A stretch of DNA of 32,000 nucleotides from positions 1,290,001 to 1,322,000 of the forward strand of contig NC_000917.1 of assembly GCF_000008665.1 (NCBI RefSeq), given 5' to 3'. This DNA is from Archaeoglobus fulgidus DSM 4304. GTDB lineage: Archaea; Halobacteriota; Archaeoglobi; Archaeoglobales; Archaeoglobaceae. The stretch's first letter is position 1. Every line of letters starts with the position of its first letter. Below the pieces are notes generated by a model. That model searched no databases, was not told the DNA's origin, and was given only the letters and a program-made list of their open reading frames with translations. Positions 16,319 through 26,964 of the stretch are shown piece after piece. Position numbers and translations under genes: made by a program.

Positions 16319-18649
16319 ATGTGCATGGACAGAATTGAAAAGCTCATTAAAAAAGTTAGCAAACCTGCGAGGCTGAGCGTGGAGCGCTGCAGGCTCTACA
16401 CCGAGTCGATGAAGCAGACCGAAGGAGAGCCGATGATTATAAGGCAGGCTAAAGCCCTCAAGCACGTTCTTGAAAACATTCCAATCCAGATTCTCGACTC
16501 CGAGCTGATTGTTGGAACCATGCTGCCCAATCCTCCCGGAGCAATAATCTTTCCCGAAGGTGTTGGGCTCAGAATCATAAACGAGCTTGATTCTTTGCCG
16601 AATAGGGAAACGAACAGGCTGATGGTTGATGAAGAAGACGCAAAGGTTCTCAGAGAGGAGATTGCTCCTTACTGGCAGAGAAAAACGATTGAGGCCTTTG
16701 CCTTTCCCCTCATGCCGGACATAATGCAAATTCTATACACGGGCTCGGTCTTCGTTCTCACGGAAATAGCGGGAATTTCCCATGTTGCCGTGAACTATCC
16801 CTACCTTCTGAGGAGGGGGTTCAGGTGGTTTTTGGAGGAAAGCGAGAGAAGAATTAGAGCCCTTGAAGAGAGTGGTGTTTATGAAGGAGAAAAGTACTCA
16901 TTTTATCAGGCTGCAAAGATCGTTTCCGAGGCTGTTATCAATTACGGTCTGAGGTACTCCAAGCTCGCTGAGGAGCTTGCGGAAAGTGAGGATGGAGAGA
17001 GGAGAGAGGAGCTTTTGAAGATTGCTGAAATTTGCAGAAAAGTGCCCGCAGAAAAACCTGAAACCTTCTGGGAGGCCGTTCAGTTTGTCTGGCTTGTTCA
17101 AAGCGCTCTGCATCAGGAAAATTACGAGCAGGCAATCTCGATGGGAAGGATAGACCAGTACCTTTACCCCTTTTTCAAGAAAGACATTGGGGAGGGCAGG
17201 ATAAACAGAGAGCTGGCCTTTGACATCTTAGCCAATCTCTGGATAAAGACCAATGAAATCGTTCCAGCATTTGACTCCCTGCTTGAGCAGTATTTCAGCG
17301 GTCAGGCGACAAACCAGGCCGTAACGATCGGGGGCTGCGACATCTACGGAAATGATGCGACGAACGAGCTAACTTACTTGATGCTTGAGGTTACGGACAG
17401 GCTGAGGCTCAGACAGCCCAATGTTCACGTGAGGATAAACAAGGGATCTCCGGAAAGCTTTCTCAAGAGGCTGGCCGAGGCGATTTCCTCAGGCTGCAAC
17501 AACCTCGCCCTCTTCTTTGATGATGCTGCCGTTAAAGCCCTGAAAAACGCTGAAGTGGACGATAGAGACGCACTGAACTACACCACCGATGGCTGTGTGG
17601 AAATTGCGCCCTTTGGCAACAGCTTCACTTCCAGCGATGCGGCGCTGATAAACGTCGCAAAGGCGCTGGAGTACGCTCTGAACGAGGGGGTGGACTTGCA
17701 GTTCGGCTACGAATTTGGTGCCAAAACCGAAAAACCAAAATTCTTGGAAGACTTGCTGGAAAAGTTGAGGGAGCAGGTTTCACACATCGTAAAGCTGGTT
17801 GTTAGAGGGAGCAATGTTCTCAGCTATGCGAACGCGGAGGTTAAGCCAACTCCTCTGCTCTCTCTCTGCGTTGAGGACTGCTTTGAAAAGGGAGTTGATG
17901 TCTCGAGAGGAGGGGCGAGGTACAACTTCACGGGAATACAGGCTGTTGGCATTGCTGACGTTGGAGATTCGCTTGTAGCCATTGAGGGGGCTTTGAACGC
18001 CGGTTACTCAATGGATGATATTGTTGAGGCGTGTAGGAAAAACTTTGTCGGCTACGAAAAGCTGCACAAACTCCTTCTTCAGAGTCCTAAATACGGAAAT
18101 GACGATGATGCTGCAGATAAGTACACAAAAATGGTTCTGGAATGGTACTGTGAGGAGGTAAACAGGCACAGGAACTTCAGAGGCGGAAAGTTTGCTGCAG
18201 GTTGCTACCCCATGACGACTAACGTCGGGTTCGGCTTCTTCACCTCCGCCCTACCATCGGGAAGAAAAAGCGGAGAGCCGCTGAATCCGGGAGTAAGTCC
18301 ATCAACGGGAATGGACAGGGAAGGGGTTACGGCTGTGATAAACTCGGCATCCAAACTGAGCTACGAGAATCTTCCCAACGGTGCGTCTCTGACGATAAAC
18401 CTAAGCAGCGACGTGCTGGGAGAGAAGGGAGATGCAGTTATAGAGGCTCTGATTAAAAGCTCGATGGAGCTTGGCGTGATGCACGTTCAGTTCAACATCC
18501 TGAAGGAGGATTTGCTGAGAAAAGCGCAGCAGGAGCCGGAAAAGTACAGGTGGCTGCTGGTGAGGGTTGCAGGCTGGAGCGCTTACTTTGTTGAGCTGTC
18601 AAGGCCTGTGCAGGAGGAAGTAATAAGGAGAATATCATGCAGGATTTAG
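16319..18649 (+). CDS. pflD: Glycyl radical enzyme (pyruvate formate-lyase-like, dehydratase-type active site)
   Basis: 776 aa; catalytic Cys region YTTDGCVEIAPFGNSF and C-terminal glycyl radical loop RVAGWSAYFVELS. Start could be the second Met at 16325. Confidence 0.93.
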   Translation: MCMDRIEKLIKKVSKPARLSVERCRLYTESMKQTEGEPMIIRQAKALKHVLENIPIQILDSELIVGTMLPNPPGAIIFPEGVGLRIINELDSLPNRETNRLMVDEEDAKVLREEIAPYWQRKTIEAFAFPLMPDIMQILYTGSVFVLTEIAGISHVAVNYPYLLRRGFRWFLEESERRIRALEESGVYEGEKYSFYQAAKIVSEAVINYGLRYSKLAEELAESEDGERREELLKIAEICRKVPAEKPETFWEAVQFVWLVQSALHQENYEQAISMGRIDQYLYPFFKKDIGEGRINRELAFDILANLWIKTNEIVPAFDSLLEQYFSGQATNQAVTIGGCDIYGNDATNELTYLMLEVTDRLRLRQPNVHVRINKGSPESFLKRLAEAISSGCNNLALFFDDAAVKALKNAEVDDRDALNYTTDGCVEIAPFGNSFTSSDAALINVAKALEYALNEGVDLQFGYEFGAKTEKPKFLEDLLEKLREQVSHIVKLVVRGSNVLSYANAEVKPTPLLSLCVEDCFEKGVDVSRGGARYNFTGIQAVGIADVGDSLVAIEGALNAGYSMDDIVEACRKNFVGYEKLHKLLLQSPKYGNDDDAADKYTKMVLEWYCEEVNRHRNFRGGKFAAGCYPMTTNVGFGFFTSALPSGRKSGEPLNPGVSPSTGMDREGVTAVINSASKLSYENLPNGASLTINLSSDVLGEKGDAVIEALIKSSMELGVMHVQFNILKEDLLRKAQQEPEKYRWLLVRVAGWSAYFVELSRPVQEEVIRRISCRI

Positions 18650-19545
18650 AGGGGAGAATTTTCAGAATACAGAGGTTCTCCATCCACGACGGGCCGGGCA
18701 TAAGGACTACGGTCTTTCTCAAAGGCTGTCCCCTTCGGTGCATCTGGTGCCACAACCCGGAGTCGCAAAGCTTCAGCTTGGAAGTTGGCTACAGGAAAGA
18801 GAGATGTCTCGGCTACCACGAATGCCTTAAATCGTGCGAAAGGAGTGCGATTGAAGCAAGTGAGGGCATTTCAGTGCTGAGAGAGAAGTGCGATGGATGC
18901 GGCAAATGCGTTGAAGCCTGCCCTTCAGGGGCTCTCGAAATTTACGGCATGGATGTCACTGCAAGCCATGTGATGGAAATTGTCGAGAGAGACAGAGTTT
19001 TTTACAAAAATTCGGGCGGTGGGGTGACCTTTTCCGGCGGGGAGCCATACTTTCAGCCCGACTTCCTCCTCTCTCTGCTTGAGGAGTGCAGGAACAGGGG
19101 GATAAGCGCAGCAGTGGACACCTCGGGCTTTACCGACTGGAAGGTCATTGAAACTTCGATGGAATTTGCCGACCTCTTCCTTTACGACCTGAAGGACTAC
19201 AGCAGCGAGAGGCACAGAAGGTTTTGCGGAGTTGGCAATGAACATATTCTGCAGAATTTGAAGAATCTTCTTGATGCTGGCAACAATGTGGTCGTGAGAA
19301 TTCCGGTTGTTCCGGGCTACAATTTTAGCGAGGACTTCGATAGCTACATTGAGATTCTGGCAAAGCTCGGCTGCAGAAGGATTGACCTCCTGCCCTTCCA
19401 TTCCTTGGCTAAGGACAAGTACAGATGGCTGGGCAGGGAGTGGTTGATGCCCGAAATCGGCGATGAGGCGAGAAGCATCGCATTAGCTTTTTCCGAAGCT
19501 CTCGAAGCTATGGGATTTGAAGTGACCGTTGGAGGATATTTTTGA
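18637..19545 (+). CDS. pflC: Glycyl-radical enzyme activating enzyme (radical SAM)
   Basis: FSIHDGPGIRTTVFLKGCPLRCIWCHNPESQ (CxxxCxxC) plus ferredoxin-like CDGCGKCVEACPSGAL; overlaps the GRE gene. Confidence 0.93.
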   Translation: MQDLEGRIFRIQRFSIHDGPGIRTTVFLKGCPLRCIWCHNPESQSFSLEVGYRKERCLGYHECLKSCERSAIEASEGISVLREKCDGCGKCVEACPSGALEIYGMDVTASHVMEIVERDRVFYKNSGGGVTFSGGEPYFQPDFLLSLLEECRNRGISAAVDTSGFTDWKVIETSMEFADLFLYDLKDYSSERHRRFCGVGNEHILQNLKNLLDAGNNVVVRIPVVPGYNFSEDFDSYIEILAKLGCRRIDLLPFHSLAKDKYRWLGREWLMPEIGDEARSIALAFSEALEAMGFEVTVGGYF

Positions 19546-19581
19546 TAACAAATGCTTGCAATTTAAATTCGTGATAGAAAA

Positions 19582-19628
19582 GCTTATATAGAAATACCAA
19601 TCCACCAATTTCTGCAATAGGAGGTGAT
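19582..19628 (+). promoter_or_regulatory. Thermosome promoter (TATA gcttatatag, purine-rich BRE-like gaaaa upstream) and strong SD ggaggtgat
   Basis: Sequence gatagaaaagcttatatagaaatacc ... aataggaggtgatgtgaaatg. Confidence 0.75.
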
Positions 19629-19633
19629 GTGAA

Positions 19634-21271
19634 ATGGCAACGTTACAGGGTCAACCTGTGCTGATATTGAGGGAAGGTACCCAGAGGACTGTGGGCAGAG
19701 ATGCCCAGAGAATGAACATAATGGCCGCTCGCGTTATTGCTGAGGCAGTGAGGAGCACTCTTGGCCCAAAGGGAATGGACAAAATGCTCGTTGACAGCCT
19801 TGGAGATGTGGTCATTACAAACGATGGTGTGACAATTCTGAAGGAGATTGATGTTGAACACCCGGCAGCGAAGATGATTATCGAGGTGGCAAAGACCCAG
19901 GACAATGAGGTTGGTGATGGCACCACAACTGCAGTAGTTCTTGCCGGAGAGCTGCTGAAGAGGGCTGAGGAGCTTCTTGATCAGGAGATTCATCCTGCAA
20001 TAATCGCAAACGGTTACAGGTATGCTGCAGAAAAAGCTCTTGAAATTCTGAATGAGATTGCAATCCCAATCAGCAAGGATGATGATGAGATTTTGAAGAA
20101 GATTGCCACAACTGCAATGACTGGCAAGGGTGCAGAGGTGGCAATTGACAAGCTTGCCGAGATTGCAGTAAATGCGGTTAAGATGATTGCAGAGGAGTCA
20201 AATGGCCAAGTTGAGGTCAACACGGACTATATCAAGATTGAGAAGAGGCAGGGAGGAAGCATTGAGGAGACTGAGCTGGTAGATGGCATCGTCCTTGACA
20301 AAGAGGTTGTCCATCCGGGAATGCCGAAGAGAGTTGAGAACGCCAAGATTCTGCTGCTCGACTCAGCTCTGGAGGTTAAGGAGACTGAGATTGACGCCAA
20401 GATCAGAATCACCGACCCGGAGAAGCTCCAGAAGTTCATCGAGCAGGAGGAGGCAATGCTGAAGGAAATGGTTGACAAGATTGTCAACGCCGGAGCCAAC
20501 GTGGTCTTCTGCCAGAAAGGTATCGATGACCTTGCCCAGTACTACCTCGCAAAGGCTGGCGTGCTTGCTGTGAGGAGAGTGAAGAAGAGCGACATGGAGA
20601 AGCTGGCCAAGGCAACCGGAGCGAAGGTTCTGACAGACCTGAGAGACATCAGCAGCGAGGACCTCGGTGAGGCTGCACTCGTCGAGGAGAGGAAGGTTGG
20701 CGACGAGAAGATGGTTTTCGTCACCGGCTGCAAGAACCCCAAGGCGGTCACGATTCTTGTGAGGGGTGGAACAGAGCACGTCGTTGAGGAGATTGCAAGA
20801 GGTATTGAGGATGCGGTGAGGGCAGTTGCCTGCGCAGTTGAGGACGGCAAGGTTGTTGTTGGCGCTGGCGCTCCAGAAATCGAGGTAAGCCTGAAGCTAA
20901 GGGAGTGGGCTCCTTCACTCGGCGGCAGGGAGCAGCTGGCAGTTGAGGCCTTCGCAACAGCCCTCGAAATCATCCCGAGGACTCTGGCAGAGAACGCTGG
21001 TCTCGACCCGATTGACGTTCTTGTGGAGCTCAAGGCAGCCCACGAGAAGGGACAGAAATATGCAGGAGTTGACGTTGACACCGGAAAAGTCGTGGACATG
21101 AAGGAGAGGGGCGTCTTCGAGCCTCTGAGAGTCAAGACCCAGGCCATCGGCTCCGCCACTGAGGTTGCGGTGATGATTCTGAGAATCGACGACATCATCG
21201 CTGCCAAGGGACTTGAGAAGGAGAAGGGTGGAGGCGGAGAGGGTGGAATGCCCGAAATGCCTGAGTTCTAA
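19634..21271 (+). CDS. thsB: Thermosome (group II chaperonin) subunit, probably beta
   Basis: 545 aa; [47 protein letters not shown]; Gly/Met-rich C-terminus [14 protein letters not shown]. Confidence 0.98.
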   Translation: MATLQGQPVLILREGTQRTVGRDAQRMNIMAARVIAEAVRSTLGPKGMDKMLVDSLGDVVITNDGVTILKEIDVEHPAAKMIIEVAKTQDNEVGDGTTTAVVLAGELLKRAEELLDQEIHPAIIANGYRYAAEKALEILNEIAIPISKDDDEILKKIATTAMTGKGAEVAIDKLAEIAVNAVKMIAEESNGQVEVNTDYIKIEKRQGGSIEETELVDGIVLDKEVVHPGMPKRVENAKILLLDSALEVKETEIDAKIRITDPEKLQKFIEQEEAMLKEMVDKIVNAGANVVFCQKGIDDLAQYYLAKAGVLAVRRVKKSDMEKLAKATGAKVLTDLRDISSEDLGEAALVEERKVGDEKMVFVTGCKNPKAVTILVRGGTEHVVEEIARGIEDAVRAVACAVEDGKVVVGAGAPEIEVSLKLREWAPSLGGREQLAVEAFATALEIIPRTLAENAGLDPIDVLVELKAAHEKGQKYAGVDVDTGKVVDMKERGVFEPLRVKTQAIGSATEVAVMILRIDDIIAAKGLEKEKGGGGEGGMPEMPEF

Positions 21272-21388
21272 TTTTTAATTTTTGTTTTGGTTACCTGTAA
21301 AGCGTATTTGCTGGCGGCAGTTTTTTGGAATGGATTGCATCTGAATAATCGGCCAAATGCTTTTATTTACAAAGATAGGCAATAGCCT

Positions 21389-22705
21389 ATGCGGATAAAC
21401 TTTGAGGAAGTTGCGGAGAAGTCTCTTTCCGGTATTTACATACACGATGAAAAGTTCAGAATATCTTACGTTAACGAGATGGTTGTTAGAGCCACGAAAT
21501 ACTCCAAAGATGAGCTAATTGGTATGAGCGTTCTGAATCTGGCCCACGATGATGATGTACGGGTTTTAATCGACTCAACTAAAAGGGCCCTTTCGGGGGA
21601 GGAGGTCTTTTACGAAACGCGCTACGTTAGAAAGGATGGAAAGGTAAGGTGGGCATGGGGATTTGCACGCCCGATTGAGGTTAACGGCAAAAAGTACGTT
21701 CTCGGGAACTGGATTGATATAACGAGAGTGAAGGATCTGGAGCAGAAGCTGAGAGAGAGTGAGGAGTTCTACAGAACGCTGATAGAGGATTCACTGACTC
21801 CCGTTTACATCATTCAGGGAGGAAAAATGGTCTACGTAAACAGGGCCTTCGAGGAGTTCACCGGCTACACAAAGGATGAAGTTGTGGGGAGAAGCCCGTT
21901 TTTCATAATTCATCCGGAGGACAGGGAAGGGGTTTATGCGAAGTACATCGAGAGAGAATCGGGAAAAAGGGATGTGGACGTATACAGCTGGAGGATAATA
22001 ACAAAAAGGGGAGAGGTGAGATGGCTCACGGCAAGGCCCAGCAGAATCACCTACAAAGGGAGGCCGGCGGTAGCGGCTACGGTGGTTGACACAACTTCCA
22101 TCCACGAGCTCAACGAGAGGCTGAGAATGCGCGAGGACTACCTCCGACTTCTCAACAAAATTTTGAGGCACGACATCGCCAACGCTCTCGTCCTTGTAAG
22201 GGCTGTTCTGGAGGAGAGAGAGGATGAGCTTTCAAATAAGGCTCTTGCGAGAGTAGACCACATTGTCAAACTCATCAGAGAGGTTGCTGGCCTCGAATCC
22301 GCTCTTGAGGAGCTAAGACCGACGAAGATGGACGAACTGGTCAGGGAGGTTGCAGAGAACTTTGGAGTGGAGTTTGAGGGTGAGGAAGTAACAGTAATGG
22401 CCAACGAGAGCCTCAGAACGATTGCCTTCAACCTCATCCAGAATGCAATTCAGCACTCAGGTGGGGAGGTGAGGGTGGAGGTGAAGAAGGATGGTAGATG
22501 GGGAGTTCTGAGAGTGGCCGACACCGGGAAGGGAATACCGGACCACATAAAGCAGAGGATTTTTGAGGAGGGCTTCACGACAGGTGGAACTGGGATTGGT
22601 CTTTTCATCGTCAAAAAGCTCACCGACATACTTGGCGGGGCAATAAGCGTTTACGACAACGAGCCGAGCGGGACCATTTTTGAGGTGAGGTTTAAGGCGG
22701 TTTAG
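21389..22705 (+). CDS. PAS-PAS sensor histidine kinase
   Basis: Two PAS domains; H-box LLNKILRHDIANALVLV; N-box FNLIQNAIQHSGG; G boxes ADTGKGIPDHIKQRIFEEGFTTGGTGIGLFIVKKL. Confidence 0.95.
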   Translation: MRINFEEVAEKSLSGIYIHDEKFRISYVNEMVVRATKYSKDELIGMSVLNLAHDDDVRVLIDSTKRALSGEEVFYETRYVRKDGKVRWAWGFARPIEVNGKKYVLGNWIDITRVKDLEQKLRESEEFYRTLIEDSLTPVYIIQGGKMVYVNRAFEEFTGYTKDEVVGRSPFFIIHPEDREGVYAKYIERESGKRDVDVYSWRIITKRGEVRWLTARPSRITYKGRPAVAATVVDTTSIHELNERLRMREDYLRLLNKILRHDIANALVLVRAVLEEREDELSNKALARVDHIVKLIREVAGLESALEELRPTKMDELVREVAENFGVEFEGEEVTVMANESLRTIAFNLIQNAIQHSGGEVRVEVKKDGRWGVLRVADTGKGIPDHIKQRIFEEGFTTGGTGIGLFIVKKLTDILGGAISVYDNEPSGTIFEVRFKAV

Positions 22706-22742
22706 GTAAAACGTTATTTACCCCTCGCAACCTTTTCCCTCC

Positions 22743-24719
22743 ATGAAGCTCGTCACCTGCGGCTTACCTTACGCTAACGGCAAGGCTCATGTCGGGCACC
22801 TCAGGACGTACGTTCCCGCTGACGTTTACGTCCGATATCTCAGAATGTCGGGAGAAGAGGTTGTTTTCGTTTGCGGGAGCGACTGTCACGGCACGCCGAT
22901 TGTTGTGAATGCCGAGCAGCAGGGTTTATCGCCAAAGGAACTTGTGGATATATATCACGAGCACTTCATCAAGATTTTTGACGCTTTGAACATAAAATTT
23001 GACTTCTACGGCAGAACGGACAGCGATTACCACCACCACCGCACCACTGAGATCGTGAAAAGGCTAATCGAAAAGGGCTATGTTTACCCCAAGGAGATTC
23101 AGCTTGCCTACTGCCCCAAATGCCAGAGATTTCTGCCTGACCGCTACGTTGAAGGAATCTGCCCGTACTGCGGTGCATTGGCAAGGGGAGATGAGTGTGA
23201 TCAGGGGTGTGGAAGGCATCTGGAGCCGGGGGAGATTAAGGAGCCGAGGTGTAAGATTTGCGGCAGCAAGGCCGAGTTCAGGAGCCAGAGGCACTACTTT
23301 TTCAAGCTGACCGAGTTTCAGGACTTTCTGGAGGATTATCTGTCCAAACTGAAGGGCACTGAGAATGCTCTGAACTACGCCAGAAATTGGGTTAAGAACC
23401 TGAGGGACTGGTGCATAACCAGAAACCTTGAGTGGGGGGTAAGGTTTCCGGGCGAGCCGAATCTGGTGGTTTACGTCTGGGTTGATGCCCCCATAGGCTA
23501 CATCAGCTTTACTGAGAAGGCTTGTGAGGAAAAGGGATGTGACTGGCGGAAAATATGGATTGATGGCGATGCTGAGATTATCCACTTTATAGGCCTCGAC
23601 ATCGTTTACCACCACTGCATTTTCTGGCCTGCGATGCTGAAAGGAGCTGACTACGCATTGCCTTCAGCGGTGGTGGCGAGCGGGATGGTCAAGGTTGAGG
23701 GCAAAACCTTCTCGAAGTCGAGGGGCTACGTTGTCTGGGTGGAGGAGGACTACCTGAAGTCGGGCCTGAGCCCTGATTATCTGAGATACTACATTGTAAA
23801 CTACACCAGCCACCAGAAGGACCTGAACTTCTCATGGGAGGTCTTCAGGGAGAAGGTCAACAACGAGGTTATCGCCACTCTCGGAAACTTCCTCTACAGA
23901 GTGCTGCTGTTTGCGTGGAAAAACTTTGGCGAAGTAAGGATGGAGGGCGTTGACGAGGAAGTTCTGGAGAAAATCAGGGAGACCGAGCAAAAAATTCTCT
24001 CAGCCCTTGAGGAGTGGGAGTTTAAAGCTGCGAGTGATGCCTTCATGGAGCTTGCCACTTACGGAAACGTTTACTTCCAGAACGCCAAGCCGTGGGAGCT
24101 AATAAAGACTGACAAGGAGGCAGCAAGAAGGGCTGTTGCTTCGTGCCTTCAGCTTGCCAAAGCTCTCATAATATTCGCATATCCGGTAATGCCGGAAAGC
24201 ATGGAGAGGATGGCAAAAGCAATAGGCCTTGATTTGGAGAATGTAAGATTAAGCGACGCTTACAAAGTTGATGAAGTCATGAAGCTCAGCAAACCTGAGG
24301 TGCCCTTCGCCAAGGTGGAGGATGAGGTTATCGAGAAGCTGCAGAAGGTGATGGAGAAGAGGTTCAGGGGAGAGGGAGAGAAAATGGAGCAGAAGGAGGA
24401 AATAAGCATAGAGGACTTCCAGAAACTTGACATCCGCATTGGTAGAGTTTTGAAGGCCGAGAAGGTGAAAAAGAGCAAGAAGCTCATCAAGCTCATTATT
24501 GACATAGGCGACGAGCAGAGGCAAATAGTGTCTGGAATTGCAGAGGACTACACTCCGGAAGAGCTTGAGGGGAAGCTTGTCGTGGTGCTTGCGAACCTAA
24601 AGCCGGCAAAGTTCATGGGCGTTGAGAGCAGAGGAATGATTCTCGCTGCTGAGAAGGATGGAAAAGCAGTGCTGCTGACCCCTGAGAAGGAGGTTGAGCC
24701 CGGGACGAGGGTTTGCTAA
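22743..24719 (+). CDS. metG: Methionyl-tRNA synthetase with C-terminal tRNA-binding domain
   Basis: [30 protein letters not shown]; paired zinc knuckles; TFSKSRG; C-term [34 protein letters not shown]. Confidence 0.97.
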   Translation: MKLVTCGLPYANGKAHVGHLRTYVPADVYVRYLRMSGEEVVFVCGSDCHGTPIVVNAEQQGLSPKELVDIYHEHFIKIFDALNIKFDFYGRTDSDYHHHRTTEIVKRLIEKGYVYPKEIQLAYCPKCQRFLPDRYVEGICPYCGALARGDECDQGCGRHLEPGEIKEPRCKICGSKAEFRSQRHYFFKLTEFQDFLEDYLSKLKGTENALNYARNWVKNLRDWCITRNLEWGVRFPGEPNLVVYVWVDAPIGYISFTEKACEEKGCDWRKIWIDGDAEIIHFIGLDIVYHHCIFWPAMLKGADYALPSAVVASGMVKVEGKTFSKSRGYVVWVEEDYLKSGLSPDYLRYYIVNYTSHQKDLNFSWEVFREKVNNEVIATLGNFLYRVLLFAWKNFGEVRMEGVDEEVLEKIRETEQKILSALEEWEFKAASDAFMELATYGNVYFQNAKPWELIKTDKEAARRAVASCLQLAKALIIFAYPVMPESMERMAKAIGLDLENVRLSDAYKVDEVMKLSKPEVPFAKVEDEVIEKLQKVMEKRFRGEGEKMEQKEEISIEDFQKLDIRIGRVLKAEKVKKSKKLIKLIIDIGDEQRQIVSGIAEDYTPEELEGKLVVVLANLKPAKFMGVESRGMILAAEKDGKAVLLTPEKEVEPGTRVC

Positions 24720-24979
24720 CTATTCAAAGATTATCATAGACGCGATTTCGAGCAGGTTCAAGGCTAAGGATGAGCAAAGACCCGGTCACTTCACAATCAT
24801 TATCAGCCACCAGAGGGGTCTGTACTTCATCCTTTCTTCGCAGCAACCTTCCTTTTAAAGCTTCCTCAGATAAGATGGGGTCAATAGTGTCGTCAATTTT
24901 ATCAAATTTACAAATTTATAAATATTCTATTGTATACAGAATTGGATTTTGTACGGCAAAAATGCCTATAGCGCATCGT

Positions 24980-25840
24980 TTAATACTTCCGATAAGTAGT
25001 TCCATCACTCCTATACTCCCAAACAACTCCTGGAGGAAGAGGGGCTTTGCTTCTCCATTCCTTCTCTCCAGGACAATCATGCTTTGGCGGAAGAATGTGT
25101 TCTCCACAAAAGTAATTACCACAATAATTGCATTGATAAGGCAGATACTCTCTCTTACCACACTTATGGCAGTTTGCAAAGAGCTTGGTTATGGATTTTT
25201 TATAAGGTCCCTCGATTTCTACACCTTCTACTTCAATTAATCTCTTTTTACTCCTCTTTTTAACCCAGTAAGAGATTGCTACGATGAGTATTGGAACCAA
25301 GATGAGGACAACACGAAAGTGCTCATATGGAATAAATTTTCGAAGACCTAACTGGATGTAAAGACTGTAAACAGCAGAGTTAATTTGGGTGGCAAGATCT
25401 ACTTGATGTGAGGTTGCAGGTGCCTGTGATGCGGTTGCTGTTATTGTTGTTGCCCCCTGAAGAGCAAATGGAAAGAGGTACTTCTGTTCCTCTTTTCCAG
25501 ATGAGATTTTAAGGTAAATGTTTCCCGATTCTGGCAATTTTTCATAGTAGAACTTCGAAGTTCCCGCTTGGTTTGGCGACACTTCTACCAAATCTCTCCA
25601 GCTTGATGGCTCACAAGGAGTGATAGCCTCGTTTCCCGCCCAGATGTATGAAAGAAGGAGCAAGCCAACTCTTTTTTCAGTAGGGTAGAGCACATGGAAT
25701 TCCACGACGTATTTCGACTTTCCACCACACCCCTGATTGCTCTCGTAAATTTTGTAATCAACCTGAAATGTGTCAGCACGAACATCAGCAAAGAGGAGAA
25801 TGCAAGCAGTTAAGAGGTTGAAAAGAGTTCTGAATTTCAT
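24980..25840 (-). CDS. Membrane-anchored protein with secreted N-terminal domain and cytosolic AN1-type zinc finger
   Basis: 286 aa; signal-like MKFRTLFNLLTACILLFADVRA; TM segment FRVVLILVPILIVAISYWVKKRSKKR; zinc finger CHKCGKREYLPYQCNYCGNYFCGEHILPPKHDC. Confidence 0.8.
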   Translation of the reverse strand: MKFRTLFNLLTACILLFADVRADTFQVDYKIYESNQGCGGKSKYVVEFHVLYPTEKRVGLLLLSYIWAGNEAITPCEPSSWRDLVEVSPNQAGTSKFYYEKLPESGNIYLKISSGKEEQKYLFPFALQGATTITATASQAPATSHQVDLATQINSAVYSLYIQLGLRKFIPYEHFRVVLILVPILIVAISYWVKKRSKKRLIEVEGVEIEGPYKKSITKLFANCHKCGKREYLPYQCNYCGNYFCGEHILPPKHDCPGEKEWRSKAPLPPGVVWEYRSDGTTYRKY

Positions 25841-25877
25841 AAGTCTACCTCCCCTCCTTCTCCTCCAGATTAAAATC

Positions 25878-26366
25878 TTACTTCAGAAACCCAATATGAA
25901 CTATCGGATACCTCCTCGTACTTCTGAAGAGTGCGAAGGCCCCAGGTATTACTAGACCCACGATCAAGATCGAGATACCAAGCATAAAGGGCTCACCGAA
26001 AACTGCGCTCACTGAAGCCATGAATACACCAAAGAGCAGACCAACACCTATCATCAACCCTCCAGCAATCCTCAAGCCCCAGAGATTTAAGTCATCTCTC
26101 AAATCTATTCTGTTTATACGCCTTAAGAGTCTCGTGTAGAGCGAAAGCATGAAGATCGTCCAAAAGATGGCGCTAACACCTACCAGATACCCAAGATTTA
26201 ACTGATACCTCAGATAGCTAGATCCAACAGCAGCAGAGAGCGAAAGAACAGGAAGCCAGTTCGACCTCCTCTTTTTCCTGTATTTAGTCTTAGGCTTCTT
26301 CTTCGGTTTGAAAGGTTTAGTCTTCTTGAATTTCTTATGTTTTTTAGATGATTTCTTCTTGCCCAA
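25878..26366 (-). CDS. Multi-pass membrane protein with very basic N-terminal tail
   Basis: 162 aa; [39 protein letters not shown] followed by several TM segments; same strand and 37 bp upstream of the AN1 gene. Confidence 0.65.
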
Positions 26367-26964
26367 CTAAAACCCTCCGACGCGACTATTCCGTGACATA
26401 TCATAGAAATGAACTTACTTAAATCTTTCTCTTTGATTTTTGATTACTTTTAAGTTTACTTTTTCGACTTCATCTTTCTGATTTCTTCTTCAGCACATTT
26501 CAGCTCCTTTCCTCCAAGCTAAAACCTTCCTCGTAAACCATCTCAATCTCCTCGAGTAGCTAAAAGGATGTAGTGCCCTGTTGGTAGAAGCATACATCTT
26601 CTTTGCACGCTTTTTCTAGTCATTGCAAGAGTTTCTTTAAAGTCCCTAGTTTATGAGTTCCTCAAAGCGCTTGTCGAAATTTGTGGCTGAGAGCAGTGGT
26701 AATTTCGTCCAATTATGAAAATGTCTTAACACAATTTTGAAGACCTTGCAATATCCTGAGTGAAATGAGATCAATGTAGTCCAGTATGTGTTCTTTTTCT
26801 TGGACCGTTATAGTGAGAGTCCAGGAGAGATGCACCAAGAAATCAAGAAGCTGGTTAAGCGGGCATGTATCGTAACGTTGCAGGGTGCTGAGGAGGCTAA
26901 TGCTTGGTGCTAAACCCGATCGTAAACTCTCTCCCGCTTGTCGATTTTAAACACGACAACGATT

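Noticed and set aside
20542-21207. 221-aa minus-strand ORF inside thsB (also 20363..20779, 20227..20499, 19643..19993)
   Set aside because: Antisense shadow of the thermosome gene, with Ser/Thr/Pro-rich low-complexity composition.
24916-25179. 87-aa minus-strand ORF overlapping the AN1 gene 3' end
   Set aside because: Alternative frame over the AN1 coding region; no motif support.
24770-25240. 156-aa plus-strand ORF opposite the AN1 zinc-finger gene
   Set aside because: The minus-strand frame has a coherent signal/TM/AN1 architecture; the plus frame looks like an antisense shadow.
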